DNA of 64,000 bases from Alphaproteobacteria bacterium. GTDB taxonomy: Bacteria; Pseudomonadota; Alphaproteobacteria; RF32; CAG-239. Location: NCBI GenBank assembly GCA_045611785.1, contig JAZKXV010000012.1:82916-146915 (forward strand). The letters are read 5' to 3'. The notes below the pieces were generated by a model, which was not told the origin of the DNA, ran no database searches, and saw only the letters and a list, made by a program, of their open reading frames with translations. Shown one piece after another: positions 28,856-40,837 of this stretch; position 1 is the stretch's first letter, and each line of letters starts with the position of its first letter. The position numbers and the translations under genes are program-made.

Positions 28856-30661
28856 CTAGCCTGCTAACTCTTCTGCTTTAATCTCAATTTCAAGCCACAA
28901 AAGCTCTTTTTCTTCTTTAAGAGTTTTATATTCTTCCAGCTGTGCCGTAAACTCATCAAACAACTTTGCATCTCTAACATATAGACCTGTATCATTAGAT
29001 AAAATATTTTCTATTTCTGAAATTTTACTATCTAATTCTTCTATTTCGATAGGAAGAACTTCAAGTAATCGTTTATCTTTATAGCTTAACTTATTGATGT
29101 TTTTGGTTTTATCTTCTTTTGTTTGTTGTACGGGCTTAGATTTTTTTACCTCTTTTTCTTCTTTATTTTTTATTTTATCCAACAGCTCCGTATAACTTCC
29201 TACGTGCTCAACAATTGTACCATCTCCTTTCATATACAAAAGAGAAGTAGAAACTTTATCCAAAAAGTCTCTATCATGGCTTACAATTAAAATTGTACCC
29301 TGATACTCATCTAACACTTCTTGTAACAAATCAAGCGTATCCATATCTAAGTCGTTAGTTGGCTCGTCTAACACTAAAAAATTGGAAGTTTTAGCGAGTG
29401 CAACAGCTAACATAAGCCTATTTTTTTCGCCTCCTGAAAGAGCCGACACAGGACACTGAGCTTGATCCGGCTTAAACAAGAAATCTTTCAAATAAGCCAC
29501 CACATGACGATAACGCCCCCTAACCCATATATGATCACCTTCATTACATAAAGTTTTCCATAATGTTTTTTTCGGATCTAAAGTTATTCTATTTTGATCA
29601 AAATAAGCTTCTTCTAAATTTTTACCAATTCTTACAAAACCTTTATCAGGATCAAGTCGCTTAGTTAACAGCTTAATTAATGTTGTTTTACCTGCACCAT
29701 TTGGTCCTACAATACCTATTCTGTTGCCCCTAATTACTTTGATTGAAAAATCTTTAACCAAATCTCTGTTATCGTATGATTTATAGATATTTTTAGCTTC
29801 TATTACAAGTTTTGAACGTAGTTCACCGCTATCCACTTCTAAATTAACAGATCCAATTTGCTTAATTTGTTCTCTGCGCTCTTGTCTTAACTGCTGCAGT
29901 CTGCGTAAACGGCCTTGATTACGTTTACGTCTTGCCGTAACACCTTTATGCAACCATTCTGTTTCTTCTTCAATTTTCTTATTTAAATATTTTTGTTCTA
30001 TAATCTCTTGTTCCAAGATTTTTTCTTGCCATTCATCAAAAAAAGCAAATCCCTTATTATTAGAATGTAACACTCCTCTATCAAGCCAAAAAGTTTGTTT
30101 AGAAACATGATTTAAAAACATTCTATCGTGACTGATGACAATAACCGCACCTTGAAACTTATTTATTACTTCTTCTAATTTTTCAATTGTTTCAATATCT
30201 AAATGGTTAGTAGGCTCATCTAGCAACAACACATCAGGATCAGAAATAAGAGCTTTTGCCAAACTTGCTTTTTTAAGCTCTCCTCCTGATGAATTTGCAG
30301 GATTTTGCCCCTCCAGTATGTTAAAGTGCTTAATTAAGATATCCGCTTTATACTCCTGTTCTGGCGTAATTTTTCTCAATCCGGATAAAACGACTTCCCT
30401 TAAAGAACCATACATAGAATAATCAGCTTCTTGAGGCATATAAGAAATATGTGTTCCAGGTTGAATAAATATTTCGGCATCATCGGGCTCAATTAATCCT
30501 GATATAACTTTTAACAGTGTAGATTTTCCTGATCCGTTTCGACCGACCAAACAAATTTTATCACCGCGACTTATATTCAACTCAACCCCTGTAAAAAGAG
30601 GATTAAGTCCAAAGCTTAAATGAGCATTTTTAATAGTATAAATCGGGGGTTCTACAGCCAT
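28856..30661 (-). CDS. ABC-F family ATPase (Uup/YheS/EttA-like) with C-terminal coiled coil.
   Basis: Two ABC cassettes (GRNGSGKST / GPNGAGKTT, two LSGGE signatures) with no TM domain. Linker rich in R/Q/E. 601 aa. Confidence 0.9.
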   Translation of the reverse strand: MAVEPPIYTIKNAHLSFGLNPLFTGVELNISRGDKICLVGRNGSGKSTLLKVISGLIEPDDAEIFIQPGTHISYMPQEADYSMYGSLREVVLSGLRKITPEQEYKADILIKHFNILEGQNPANSSGGELKKASLAKALISDPDVLLLDEPTNHLDIETIEKLEEVINKFQGAVIVISHDRMFLNHVSKQTFWLDRGVLHSNNKGFAFFDEWQEKILEQEIIEQKYLNKKIEEETEWLHKGVTARRKRNQGRLRRLQQLRQERREQIKQIGSVNLEVDSGELRSKLVIEAKNIYKSYDNRDLVKDFSIKVIRGNRIGIVGPNGAGKTTLIKLLTKRLDPDKGFVRIGKNLEEAYFDQNRITLDPKKTLWKTLCNEGDHIWVRGRYRHVVAYLKDFLFKPDQAQCPVSALSGGEKNRLMLAVALAKTSNFLVLDEPTNDLDMDTLDLLQEVLDEYQGTILIVSHDRDFLDKVSTSLLYMKGDGTIVEHVGSYTELLDKIKNKEEKEVKKSKPVQQTKEDKTKNINKLSYKDKRLLEVLPIEIEELDSKISEIENILSNDTGLYVRDAKLFDEFTAQLEEYKTLKEEKELLWLEIEIKAEELAG

Positions 30662-30791
30662 CTTATTTATTTCCTTTTATCATTACTTTTCAAATAACAC
30701 AGCATTTATTAAAATACAACAATATTTACCTTGAAAGTGGATTATTTTTATTCTAAGATGCAACAAATATGTTTTATAAAGGTATCCTTAA

Positions 30792-31937
30792 ATGAAAAAA
30801 ATAATTTTTTTAATAGCTTTATGTCTTATTCCTTACTTGTCTTATGCTCAAAACTTTGACTTAGCATCAGGCATAACAGAAACTGCTGAAGAAGAGGAAA
30901 CAGATACAAAAAACACTCAAGAACAAGTAGAAAATGATGATGAAAATGACGGCATATTTTCTTTCTTGAACTTTTCATTTATAAAAAAACACACATCTTC
31001 TGCTACTGATGAAACTTCTCAAACGGATCCTTCATCTCCGGAAAAAAAAGAAACACCTTTAGAAAAATTAATCAGACTTGCAAATAGCGGTAACTTAGAA
31101 TCTCAGCTTTCATTAGGTTATATGTATCTATACGGACAAGATGGCGTAAACACTGATTATTCTAAAGCTTTTCAATATTACGAAATGGCAGCAAATCAAA
31201 ACAACCCTATTGCCCTAAACAATTTAGGAAGCCTTTATTTTAACGGCATCGGTACACAAGTCAATTATCAAAAAGCTGCTGAACTGTTTTTTAAAGCCGC
31301 TCAAAATGGTAGCGATGACGCCGCTGTAAACTTAGCATTTATCTATTTAAGCTCTGACAACAATAACGGTCAACACGCAAGTGCCATTGAGTTGTTCAAA
31401 AACGCAGTACAAGTTGGCAACAATACCGCCAAATTTATGTTAGGATACGCATATTATGTTGGCTTTATTGTTGAACAAGATTATCACAAATCCGTAGCTT
31501 TAATTAAAGATGCAGCAAAAGCAAAATTCGATATTGCCCAATATATGCTGGGAATGATGTATAAAGAAGGTCACGGAATTGCTAAAAACTACGGAAATGC
31601 AGTCAAATATTTAAGAGAAGCATCTTTTCAAGGTAACGTAGATGCTATGATGGAATTAGGTAGCATACTTGCTGAAGGAAAAATATATCCCAAAAACCCA
31701 CCACATGCTCATATCTTTTTCAACGTTGCTTCAGTTTATAACGCTCCTCAAGCAGCCGAACGTCGTGATGAAGTAGAAAAAGAACTTCAAATCGAAATTT
31801 TATTGCAAGCGCAAGCATCTGCTGAAAACTTTAAAGAAAAACCATCTGAACTCACAAGTTACATCAGACAAACTTATGGTAAAGATGTAAGAATGTATAT
31901 CAACGAAAATCTAAAACAAATTAAAGGTAAAAAATGA
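30792..31937 (+). CDS. Sel1-repeat (SLR/TPR-like) secreted protein.
   Basis: Signal peptide MKKIIFLIALCLIPYLSYA, acidic linker, then at least 5 Sel1 repeats (for example AQYMLGMMYKEGHGIAKNYGNAVKYLREAS). Confidence 0.85.
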   Translation: MKKIIFLIALCLIPYLSYAQNFDLASGITETAEEEETDTKNTQEQVENDDENDGIFSFLNFSFIKKHTSSATDETSQTDPSSPEKKETPLEKLIRLANSGNLESQLSLGYMYLYGQDGVNTDYSKAFQYYEMAANQNNPIALNNLGSLYFNGIGTQVNYQKAAELFFKAAQNGSDDAAVNLAFIYLSSDNNNGQHASAIELFKNAVQVGNNTAKFMLGYAYYVGFIVEQDYHKSVALIKDAAKAKFDIAQYMLGMMYKEGHGIAKNYGNAVKYLREASFQGNVDAMMELGSILAEGKIYPKNPPHAHIFFNVASVYNAPQAAERRDEVEKELQIEILLQAQASAENFKEKPSELTSYIRQTYGKDVRMYINENLKQIKGKK

Positions 31938-32992
31938 TACAAACAAATAAACAAAACAAAAAATTAGCAAACAAAACTAAAAAAATATTAAAAAAAGCAA
32001 TTTCATGGTCAGGTTTGTTTTTCTTTTTACTTGCCGCTTATATGCTTTATTGCCAATTATCTAAATATCAATTAGATGATATAAAAAATGCCATACTCAG
32101 CATTCCTAACTCAAACCTTTTTTATGCATGTATAGCATCATTTATAGGATACCTGTCCTTGTCATCATATGACTATTTGTCACTAAAGTACATCAAACAC
32201 AAAATCAGTGCTTGGAAATGGGTTTTTGCCGGATTTATCGGATTTAGCGTAAGCAACAATGCCGGTCATGCTATTGTTTCAGGCGGCGCTATCAGATATC
32301 GTTTATATACCAGATGGCGTATCAAAGGAAATGAAATAATTAAAATGGTTACTTTTTCCGGCTTTACATATTTAGTAGCTTGTTTCTTTTTAATCATTAT
32401 CGGTTACGCCATAACCCCTAACCATGTATTTGGCGAAGGTGTTGCATCTAAGTTAACAACAACCATTGTTGCTTTAGGCTCATTAGTCGGTCTTGTTATA
32501 TATTTAGCTGCAAGCGTTTTGTATAAAAAATCCATTGAAATAAAAGGCATAAAATTCAAAATGCCAAACTTAAAGATGTCTCTTGCTCAAGTATTTATCG
32601 GCAGTATTGATATATTGATGGCTTCACTTGTATTATATTTTACTTTAATACACTTTATAGATATTCCGTTTAATACATTTATCGGTGCATACATAATTGC
32701 ACAAATTCTAGGTGTATATAGCCAAGTTCCCGGAGGTTTAGGCGTATTTGAACTTGTTTTCTCTAACATTATACCGGGAGCAGATAACCAAGCTATGTTA
32801 TTTGGAGCATTAGTAGCATATCGCATAATATATTATCTATTGCCTTTACTAATATCTGCAATTGCTTTAATATCCTACGAAGGTTATTTAGGATACAGAC
32901 AAAACGAAATCAAAAAACAACGCAAATTAAGCCGCTTAAAAGATTTTATTACTCAAAAAGCTGAAAGTATTAAACTAAAATCCAAATCTTAA
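31934..32992 (+). CDS. Flippase-like domain membrane protein (lysyl-phosphatidylglycerol synthase TM-region / UPF0104-like).
   Basis: 352 aa, about 8 TM, basic N-terminus. Start overlaps the Sel1 gene stop (ATGA), which suggests translational coupling. Confidence 0.5.
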   Translation: MIQTNKQNKKLANKTKKILKKAISWSGLFFFLLAAYMLYCQLSKYQLDDIKNAILSIPNSNLFYACIASFIGYLSLSSYDYLSLKYIKHKISAWKWVFAGFIGFSVSNNAGHAIVSGGAIRYRLYTRWRIKGNEIIKMVTFSGFTYLVACFFLIIIGYAITPNHVFGEGVASKLTTTIVALGSLVGLVIYLAASVLYKKSIEIKGIKFKMPNLKMSLAQVFIGSIDILMASLVLYFTLIHFIDIPFNTFIGAYIIAQILGVYSQVPGGLGVFELVFSNIIPGADNQAMLFGALVAYRIIYYLLPLLISAIALISYEGYLGYRQNEIKKQRKLSRLKDFITQKAESIKLKSKS

Positions 32993-33009
32993 AAAATATT
33001 GTTTAATTT

Positions 33010-34164
33010 TTAGTCATCTCCAAGAGAACTGCGGCCTAAGTTTATGTGTCTGTTTACATCCATGCATAATATTATACCGAAGCTAGCCATCACGGATAAC
33101 ATAACAGTACCTCCATATGAAATAAGAGGTAAAGGTATACCAACAACTGGTAACAAACCTAAAACCATTGCTATATTAATAAACACATATAAAAAGTAGT
33201 TAGTGTTTAAGCCAATTACCACAAGTTTGGCAAAATAACTTGTGGTGCGAAACGCAAATATATATCCGTATGCAATAATTATTAAATTAAGCAGAATAAT
33301 TAGCACCCCACCCATTAAGCCAAACTCTTCGGAAAGCATAGTAAAAATAAAATCGGTATGTTTTTCCGGTAAAAAGTTTAAATGGCTTTGAGTTCCATTT
33401 AAAAAACCCTTACCGAATACGCCACCTGAACCTAAAGCAATCTTAGATTGAATGATATGATATCCTGTACCCAAAGGGTCACGTTCAGGATCTAGAAATG
33501 TTAACACCCTGTTCTTTTGATATTGATGCAAAAACTGCCAAGCTATCGGAGCCATAACGAGCCCGCTTCCTCCTAACAATGCAAACTTCCACCACTGCAC
33601 ACCCACAACAAAAAATATTGCCATTGTTGTAAACAACAACATCAGCGCAGTACCTAAATCAGGTTGTAATATAATCAAAGCTGCAGGAAACAATGCCATA
33701 ATAGCTGGTGCGATAACACCTTTTACACTCTCTATTTTTTGCAAGTTACAAGCTTGAAAATATTTAGCTAAAACCAGTACAAGCGAAATTTTCATTAACT
33801 CAGATGGTTGCAATTTAAACAGTTTCAAATCTATCCAACGTTGCGCACCCATACCTACATGGCCTTTTATTTCAACGGCAATCAGCAATAGCAAAATTAA
33901 AAAGTACGCTATGTAAGAATATTTCAAATATACCTTAATATCGACAAGAGCCAACATTATCATAATGCAAAAACAAACACAAAACCTTATTGCCTGTTTA
34001 ACTGCCCAAGGACTAAAACTTCCGTTAGCTGCTGAATACAATGCAATAATTCCGATTAATGCTAATAACATTATACAAAACACATAACCGAAATTTAAGT
34101 TAAAAAATTTTTCTTTTAACGAAAGGTTCAATCCTTTAAATCTTTGCTCATAATATCTTGACAT
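33010..34164 (-). CDS. rodA: SEDS-family peptidoglycan glycosyltransferase RodA.
   Basis: FtsW/RodA/SpoVE 10-TM pattern. Immediately downstream of PBP2 (mrdA) in the mreBCD-mrdA-rodA cluster. Confidence 0.9.
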   Translation of the reverse strand: MSRYYEQRFKGLNLSLKEKFFNLNFGYVFCIMLLALIGIIALYSAANGSFSPWAVKQAIRFCVCFCIMIMLALVDIKVYLKYSYIAYFLILLLLIAVEIKGHVGMGAQRWIDLKLFKLQPSELMKISLVLVLAKYFQACNLQKIESVKGVIAPAIMALFPAALIILQPDLGTALMLLFTTMAIFFVVGVQWWKFALLGGSGLVMAPIAWQFLHQYQKNRVLTFLDPERDPLGTGYHIIQSKIALGSGGVFGKGFLNGTQSHLNFLPEKHTDFIFTMLSEEFGLMGGVLIILLNLIIIAYGYIFAFRTTSYFAKLVVIGLNTNYFLYVFINIAMVLGLLPVVGIPLPLISYGGTVMLSVMASFGIILCMDVNRHINLGRSSLGDD

Positions 34165-34176
34165 ACACTTCCCTAT

Positions 34177-35982
34177 TTAAATATTAAGCTCTAATGCTTT
34201 TTTCAAAATCTTTGACGCAATAGGAGCAGCAACTCCTGAACCCGATGAACCATGTTCAACAACCACAGCAACAGCATATTTAGGATTATTATGCGGAGCA
34301 TATCCGACAAATAACGCATGGTTTCTTAAATACCAGGGCAAATCTTCGTCTTTCAAAATTCCACTTTGACGCTCTTTCATACTAATCCTGCGAACTTGTG
34401 TGGTTCCTGTTTTTCCGCTCATTTTAATACCATTTAAATCAAAAGCAGCTGCAACAGCTGTACCTTTTTCACCATTTACTACTTCAAACATGCCCTTTTT
34501 AACAATTTCAATATTACTTTTTGAAATTGGCAGCTTTTTAATTTTTCCTTTTTGATCTAAATCTAACTTTATAAAAGAAGGGCTAACTTCATAACCACCA
34601 TTAGCAACTCTTGATGTCATAACTGCCAATTGCAACGGTGTAACCTGCACATATCCCTGTCCTATACCGGCAATAACAGTTTCTCCTTGCTGCCATTTTT
34701 CGCCATATCTTTTTAATTTCCATTCTTTATTCGGTATAATACCTTTTTGCTCATTTTCAAGCGTAATTCCCGTATAATTACCTAAGCCCAAAATTTCCGC
34801 CATATCTGCAATTTTTTCAATACCAAGCAACAATGCAATTTCATAAAAATAAATATCGCAAGAGTTTTTAAGAGCATTAACAATATTTTGTTCTCCATGC
34901 CCAGAATGTCTCCAACAGTGGAACTTATGGTTTCCCAATTGCATAGAGCCTGAGCAGTAATAACTCTTATTTTCATGAACAACTTTATTTTCCAATGCAG
35001 CTAAAGCTACAACTATTTTAAATGTTGATCCCGGAGAATAACGACCGGCAATAGCTTTATTAATCAACGGATTTTTCTCATTATAAAGAAGTTTATTCCA
35101 TTCTTCGTGTGAAATACCTTTGGTAAACATGTTCGGATCAAATGATGGAACAGATACAAATGCTAAAATTTCGCCACTATGAACATCCATAACAACAGCA
35201 GCACCACTATGTTCTCCAAAAGCATCTTGTGCATATTTTTGCAAATTGCTATCAATTGTTAAATGTAACTCTTTTCCTTCTTTTCCGTTATCTCGTTCAA
35301 TTTCTTTCATAATGCGTCCATATGCATTCACTTCAAGCTTTATGTTTCCGCCTACGCCCCTTAAATCATCTTCAAAAAACTTTTCAAGACCAGATTTACC
35401 AATCTTAAATTCAGGCACCATAAATAACGGATTATTACCTTTTTCTTTTTCATCAACTCTACCCACATACCCTAAAAAGTGCGCTGTTAAATCTCCTAGC
35501 GGATAAAACCTATTTACACCCTCATCGATAATAATTCCAGGCAATGAAGAAGCATTAAGCTGTAACGCCGAAACATCTTCCCAACTAATATTGTCTTTTA
35601 ATTTTATTGGGACAAACTTACGATGATTACTTATTTCTTTCCTGATTTTCTCTTCTTCTTTTGGTGTTATATTAATATGCTTTTTAAATTCAGCTATTGT
35701 ATCATCTATACTAATTGTTTGTTCTGCAATAATCGAAGCAGAAAGGTTTTGTTCATTACCTGCAAGCAACACTCCATTTCTATCAAAAACATTACCTCTA
35801 ACCGGAACCAACATTCGGGTAGAAATACGGTTATCATCAGCCATCGTTTTATATTTAGTAGCTTGTATAACTTGTAAATAATACAATCGACCAACCAAAA
35901 CAAACAGCATGATAAAATTAACAATTGCAATAAATAATGTTCGTGAAAGTAAAACTCTACCTTTATCATTATCTCTATTCAT
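34177..35982 (-). CDS. mrdA: Penicillin-binding protein 2 (elongasome transpeptidase).
   Basis: SxxK (STFK), SxN and KTGT motifs and an N-terminal TM anchor. Start chosen at MNRDNDKG (35982), which avoids overlap with mreD. The tracked ORF extends to 36039. Confidence 0.9.
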   Translation of the reverse strand: MNRDNDKGRVLLSRTLFIAIVNFIMLFVLVGRLYYLQVIQATKYKTMADDNRISTRMLVPVRGNVFDRNGVLLAGNEQNLSASIIAEQTISIDDTIAEFKKHINITPKEEEKIRKEISNHRKFVPIKLKDNISWEDVSALQLNASSLPGIIIDEGVNRFYPLGDLTAHFLGYVGRVDEKEKGNNPLFMVPEFKIGKSGLEKFFEDDLRGVGGNIKLEVNAYGRIMKEIERDNGKEGKELHLTIDSNLQKYAQDAFGEHSGAAVVMDVHSGEILAFVSVPSFDPNMFTKGISHEEWNKLLYNEKNPLINKAIAGRYSPGSTFKIVVALAALENKVVHENKSYYCSGSMQLGNHKFHCWRHSGHGEQNIVNALKNSCDIYFYEIALLLGIEKIADMAEILGLGNYTGITLENEQKGIIPNKEWKLKRYGEKWQQGETVIAGIGQGYVQVTPLQLAVMTSRVANGGYEVSPSFIKLDLDQKGKIKKLPISKSNIEIVKKGMFEVVNGEKGTAVAAAFDLNGIKMSGKTGTTQVRRISMKERQSGILKDEDLPWYLRNHALFVGYAPHNNPKYAVAVVVEHGSSGSGVAAPIASKILKKALELNI

Positions 35983-36505
35983 AGACAACCTCTTCATTTG
36001 CAAGAAGTTTATTTTGAACAAAGATATTGCATCTGGCAACTAACGGATACACCAAAACAGTAGAAATAAAACCTATAAACACCCCTAAAGCTGATAAAAA
36101 GTTGCTATAATAAACGGACATTACAAGCCATTTAGCAAAAAAGCCAATACCTGATATAATTGCAAAACCTATCCAACTGATGATAAAAGGTTTAGTATTT
36201 ACAAAACTACCATATGTTATAGCTAAGACATAAATAAGCACAAATACAAACATATTTATGCCCAATGGTGTTGCCGATAAGCTATCTGCAACAATACCAA
36301 GCATAAAAACAGACATCGGACCAAACAAATCTCTTCTATATAAAGCCCAAAAGTATACACAAATCATACCTATATCTGCTCTTAAAAGCTTTGAAAAAGG
36401 AATATGAATAGGCACATAAGCTACCAAAATAAACAATATTGTGCATAATAAAGGTAACATTTTTTTTAATTGATAGGCAACAATATCTGAAAAAGAATCA
36501 TCCAT
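35975..36505 (-). CDS. mreD: Rod shape-determining protein MreD.
   Basis: 176-aa polytopic membrane protein between mreC and mrdA. Confidence 0.7.
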   Translation of the reverse strand: MDDSFSDIVAYQLKKMLPLLCTILFILVAYVPIHIPFSKLLRADIGMICVYFWALYRRDLFGPMSVFMLGIVADSLSATPLGINMFVFVLIYVLAITYGSFVNTKPFIISWIGFAIISGIGFFAKWLVMSVYYSNFLSALGVFIGFISTVLVYPLVARCNIFVQNKLLANEEVVYE

Positions 36506-36506
36506 T

Positions 36507-37376
36507 TTATTTATCCTTGTTCTCTTTGGATAAGTTTACCACATCTTGATATATGCCATAATCAACAATTTTTAAAAATTCCAAACGTTCAATACTACTT
36601 ATAGTACTGATTTGAATATCATCTTTAGTTATTTTAGTAACTATACCAATAGGTAATCCGACAGGAAACACTCCTGCAACGCCTGATGTTACAATTCTAT
36701 CACCAATTTTTACATCTGCATTTCGGTTCATGTATAAAAGTTTGGGAAATCTGGTATTATCACCTGATAATATTGCTCTTTCACGACTTCTTTCTACAAT
36801 TACCGGAATTTTAGAGCCAATATCAGTTATTAAAATAACTCTTGCATATTTATCCATTACAGATTCTACACGGCCGACAACGCTCCCATTACCAATAGCA
36901 ACCTGATCTTTATATATGGTTTTATTATCGCCGATATAAACTATCAAAGAATGAGAAAAACCATCTCCTTCTTCTGCAACCACCTTTGCCGTAATAAATT
37001 TTGCTTCAGGTAATTGTTCATAATCTAACATATCAGCTAAAATCTTATTTTCTGCCTGAAGCGTACGAACCTTATTTTTCAACATAAGGAGTTCAGAATT
37101 TTCAAGTTTAAGCAATTTATTTTCTTTATAAACATTAGCAATATCAATAACTTGTTCATAACCGCCATATATAAGCTGCCCTGGAAGCTGCATCAGTTTA
37201 ATAATCGGACTTAAAACCGCTGATATTGTTCCACTTGTTTTATCTAAAACAAGCGTATCCGCTTTGCTTAACATCATAAAAGCTAAAGCGGATATAAAAA
37301 CTAAAGCTATTAAAACTTTTCTTATGAAAATTTTAAATTGGCTAAGCTTAAAGAACACTATACGGCGACGTTTCAA
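36507..37376 (-). CDS. mreC: Rod shape-determining protein MreC.
   Basis: N-terminal TM, coiled coil (LQAENKILADML) and C-terminal beta domains. Downstream of mreB. Confidence 0.85.
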   Translation of the reverse strand: MKRRRIVFFKLSQFKIFIRKVLIALVFISALAFMMLSKADTLVLDKTSGTISAVLSPIIKLMQLPGQLIYGGYEQVIDIANVYKENKLLKLENSELLMLKNKVRTLQAENKILADMLDYEQLPEAKFITAKVVAEEGDGFSHSLIVYIGDNKTIYKDQVAIGNGSVVGRVESVMDKYARVILITDIGSKIPVIVERSRERAILSGDNTRFPKLLYMNRNADVKIGDRIVTSGVAGVFPVGLPIGIVTKITKDDIQISTISSIERLEFLKIVDYGIYQDVVNLSKENKDK

Positions 37377-37401
37377 TTATCATCTCCTAAAGCAACGCCT
37401 T

Positions 37402-38445
<1,044 letters not shown>

Positions 38446-38545
38446 TCATCTTCTCCGAAAAAAATTAACCTTTTGATAAGTTTTATTACTTTATGAAAAG
38501 TAAAGCAATATTTTTTTTATGATTTTGCATATCATCAACAAGTTT

Positions 38546-39274
38546 TTAATAAAAACTTATTTTAGATACAGGCTTTTCATAACTAGGGATTTGTCTTGTA
38601 GCAACTGTTTTTTGATACATTCTTCCCAAATATGTTTTTTTACGCCAAGAAAAATGCTCTTTATGTTTTGCATAACTATCAATACTATTTTTCCACAAAC
38701 TTTCTGCAAATGGTTGATATAACCTATTAAACGGTTGAATAATATAGCGAAGCAAGTTCCATTTTGATGGCTTATTATAATCTATGAATATAACTTTTCC
38801 ACCTTCCTCAACACAATTTAATGCATTATTTATAAGCTTTGCACGTGTAATCGGAGGCAACTCATGGAGAAGCATATAACAAATTACAACGTCAAACTTT
38901 TCACTAAATGCTTTGCTGGCATCTTGTACCTGAAAATTTATTTTTTGATAAATCGACTTACTGCGACATCTTTCAAGTTGTTTAGGGTTAACATCTGCAA
39001 TAACATATCTGCCATAAGCACCAATTTTTTCGGAAACTGCTTCAATTTGATATCCGAAAGTACAGCCCATTTGTAAAACAGTGCTGTTTGTACTTATTTC
39101 TTTTACCAAATCATTAACCATATTCGATTGTTGAAACAACGTTAAAAGTGAAACAACACGGTCATCGTCTAAAAAACGTGATATTTTATCGTTATTATAT
39201 ATTTTTCCGTAAATCTCACGAACATATGCAGGCATTTTTACAACCTTCGAATGTTTAACTATATTATATTTCAT
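38546..39274 (-). CDS. Class I SAM-dependent methyltransferase.
   Basis: Motif I VLQMGCTFG and later motifs DVVICYMLLHE. 242 aa. Confidence 0.65.
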   Translation of the reverse strand: MKYNIVKHSKVVKMPAYVREIYGKIYNNDKISRFLDDDRVVSLLTLFQQSNMVNDLVKEISTNSTVLQMGCTFGYQIEAVSEKIGAYGRYVIADVNPKQLERCRSKSIYQKINFQVQDASKAFSEKFDVVICYMLLHELPPITRAKLINNALNCVEEGGKVIFIDYNKPSKWNLLRYIIQPFNRLYQPFAESLWKNSIDSYAKHKEHFSWRKKTYLGRMYQKTVATRQIPSYEKPVSKISFY

Positions 39275-39311
39275 TTCTAATCCCTTAACCTATTGTTACT
39301 AAACAACTTAT

Positions 39312-40058
39312 TTATTGCCAATCACCTGCAAGAGCTTGCCAACATGAAAGTGCCGCTATTGCTGCTGTTTCCGCCCTCAAAATTCTATTACCTAACGACA
39401 CGCCATAAGTATAATCTAATTTTCTTAAATTTTCCAGTTCTTTTTCAGAAAATCCGCCTTCCGGTCCAACTAAAATTGCAACCGGCTCCAAACACCTCTC
39501 CATTTGGACCTTTGCAACCTCAGACTGTAAGGTTTCATCTAAATATATAAGTTTTCGATTTTTATCCCAATTTGATAAAAGTTTTTTCAAATCAATACAA
39601 TTTTCGACAACCGGAACATCTTGTCTGCGACACTGTTCACAAGCCTCAATAACTTGAGTTTTCATTCTTTCAACATTTGGATGCAAATTTGAAGTATATT
39701 CACTTATTATCGGAATAATTTTTTGAACGCCGAGTTCAGTAGCTTTTTCAACCACAAAATCCATATTATTTTTTTTAAGCGGAGCAAATAACAACCAAAT
39801 ATCCGGACTTTTCCTATATTCACAAAACCTACTAACAACCAACAACTCACATTTTTTCTTTTGTATAGTTTTTACTTGAGAACAAAATTCACCATCTCGT
39901 CCGTTAAAAACAAAAACCTCATCACCTTGCTTTAATCTCATAACATTTATCAAGTAGTGCGATTGCTTCTCATCACATTCAACCACATTGCCCACAACAA
40001 GATCTGCATCAATATAAATTCTTATCCGATTCTTTTTACTCAAGTATTTCACCCTCAA
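39312..40058 (-). CDS. rsmE: 16S rRNA (uracil1498-N3)-methyltransferase RsmE.
   Basis: N-terminal PUA-like domain and C-terminal SPOUT knot (GPEGGFSEKE...LGNRILRAETA). Confidence 0.85.
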   Translation of the reverse strand: MRVKYLSKKNRIRIYIDADLVVGNVVECDEKQSHYLINVMRLKQGDEVFVFNGRDGEFCSQVKTIQKKKCELLVVSRFCEYRKSPDIWLLFAPLKKNNMDFVVEKATELGVQKIIPIISEYTSNLHPNVERMKTQVIEACEQCRRQDVPVVENCIDLKKLLSNWDKNRKLIYLDETLQSEVAKVQMERCLEPVAILVGPEGGFSEKELENLRKLDYTYGVSLGNRILRAETAAIAALSCWQALAGDWQ

Positions 40059-40147
40059 AAATCATTGCATAAATTAAAATATTGAGTGTATAATAATAAA
40101 ATATGTGTTAAAGAATAAATAACATTAATTAAATAAACGGAAAAATT

Positions 40148-40804
40148 ATGATTATCACAATTGATGGCCCTGCCGCAGCAGGAAAAGGAACCTTATCTGC
40201 ATATTTAGCTAAACATTATAAATTGGCTTATTTTGACACCGGCATGATTTATCGTGCAGTAGGTTTAGATATGGTTTTAAAAAATCTTGACTTATCTGAC
40301 GAAGACACAGCCGAGCAAATTGCAAAAGAACTTACTTTTGAAAAAATGATGGAACTTTCCAAACATAAAGATTTTCGTTCCGATATCGGAGGAAGTGCTG
40401 CATCAAAAGTTTCTGCCTTACCAAAAGTAAGAAGTGCTCTTTTAAAAATGCAACAAGACTTCGCTCTCTCACCGGTTTTTGCTGACGGGTCTCCTGCTAA
40501 CGGCGTAATTTATGACGGAAGAGATACCGGAACCGTAGTGTGTCCTAATGCAGACATCAAACTTTTTGTTACAGCTTCTTCCGAAGTAAGAGCCAGAAGA
40601 CGTTATAATGAATTTGTAGAAAAAGGCATGGATACAACTTATGAAAAAGTTTTATCCGACATGATTGCTCGAGACAAACGTGACGAACAAAGAGCATCAG
40701 CGCCTCTAAAACCTGCTGATGATGCCATTATAATTGACACATCAAATATGACGGCTCAACAAGAAATTGATAAAGCAATTGAAATTATAGAATCAAAAAA
40801 ATAA
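40148..40804 (+). CDS. cmk: Cytidylate kinase.
   Basis: P-loop ITIDGPAAAGKGT and Cmk-type NMP-binding insert. 218 aa. Confidence 0.9.
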   Translation: MIITIDGPAAAGKGTLSAYLAKHYKLAYFDTGMIYRAVGLDMVLKNLDLSDEDTAEQIAKELTFEKMMELSKHKDFRSDIGGSAASKVSALPKVRSALLKMQQDFALSPVFADGSPANGVIYDGRDTGTVVCPNADIKLFVTASSEVRARRRYNEFVEKGMDTTYEKVLSDMIARDKRDEQRASAPLKPADDAIIIDTSNMTAQQEIDKAIEIIESKK

Positions 40805-40811
40805 TCTTCCA

Positions 40812-40837
40812 CCCCGAAAAAATTTCGGGGTTTTTTA
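40812..40837. terminator. Rho-independent terminator between convergent cmk and tcdA.
   Basis: ccccgaaa-aaa-tttcgggg hairpin followed by a T6 run. Confidence 0.65.
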
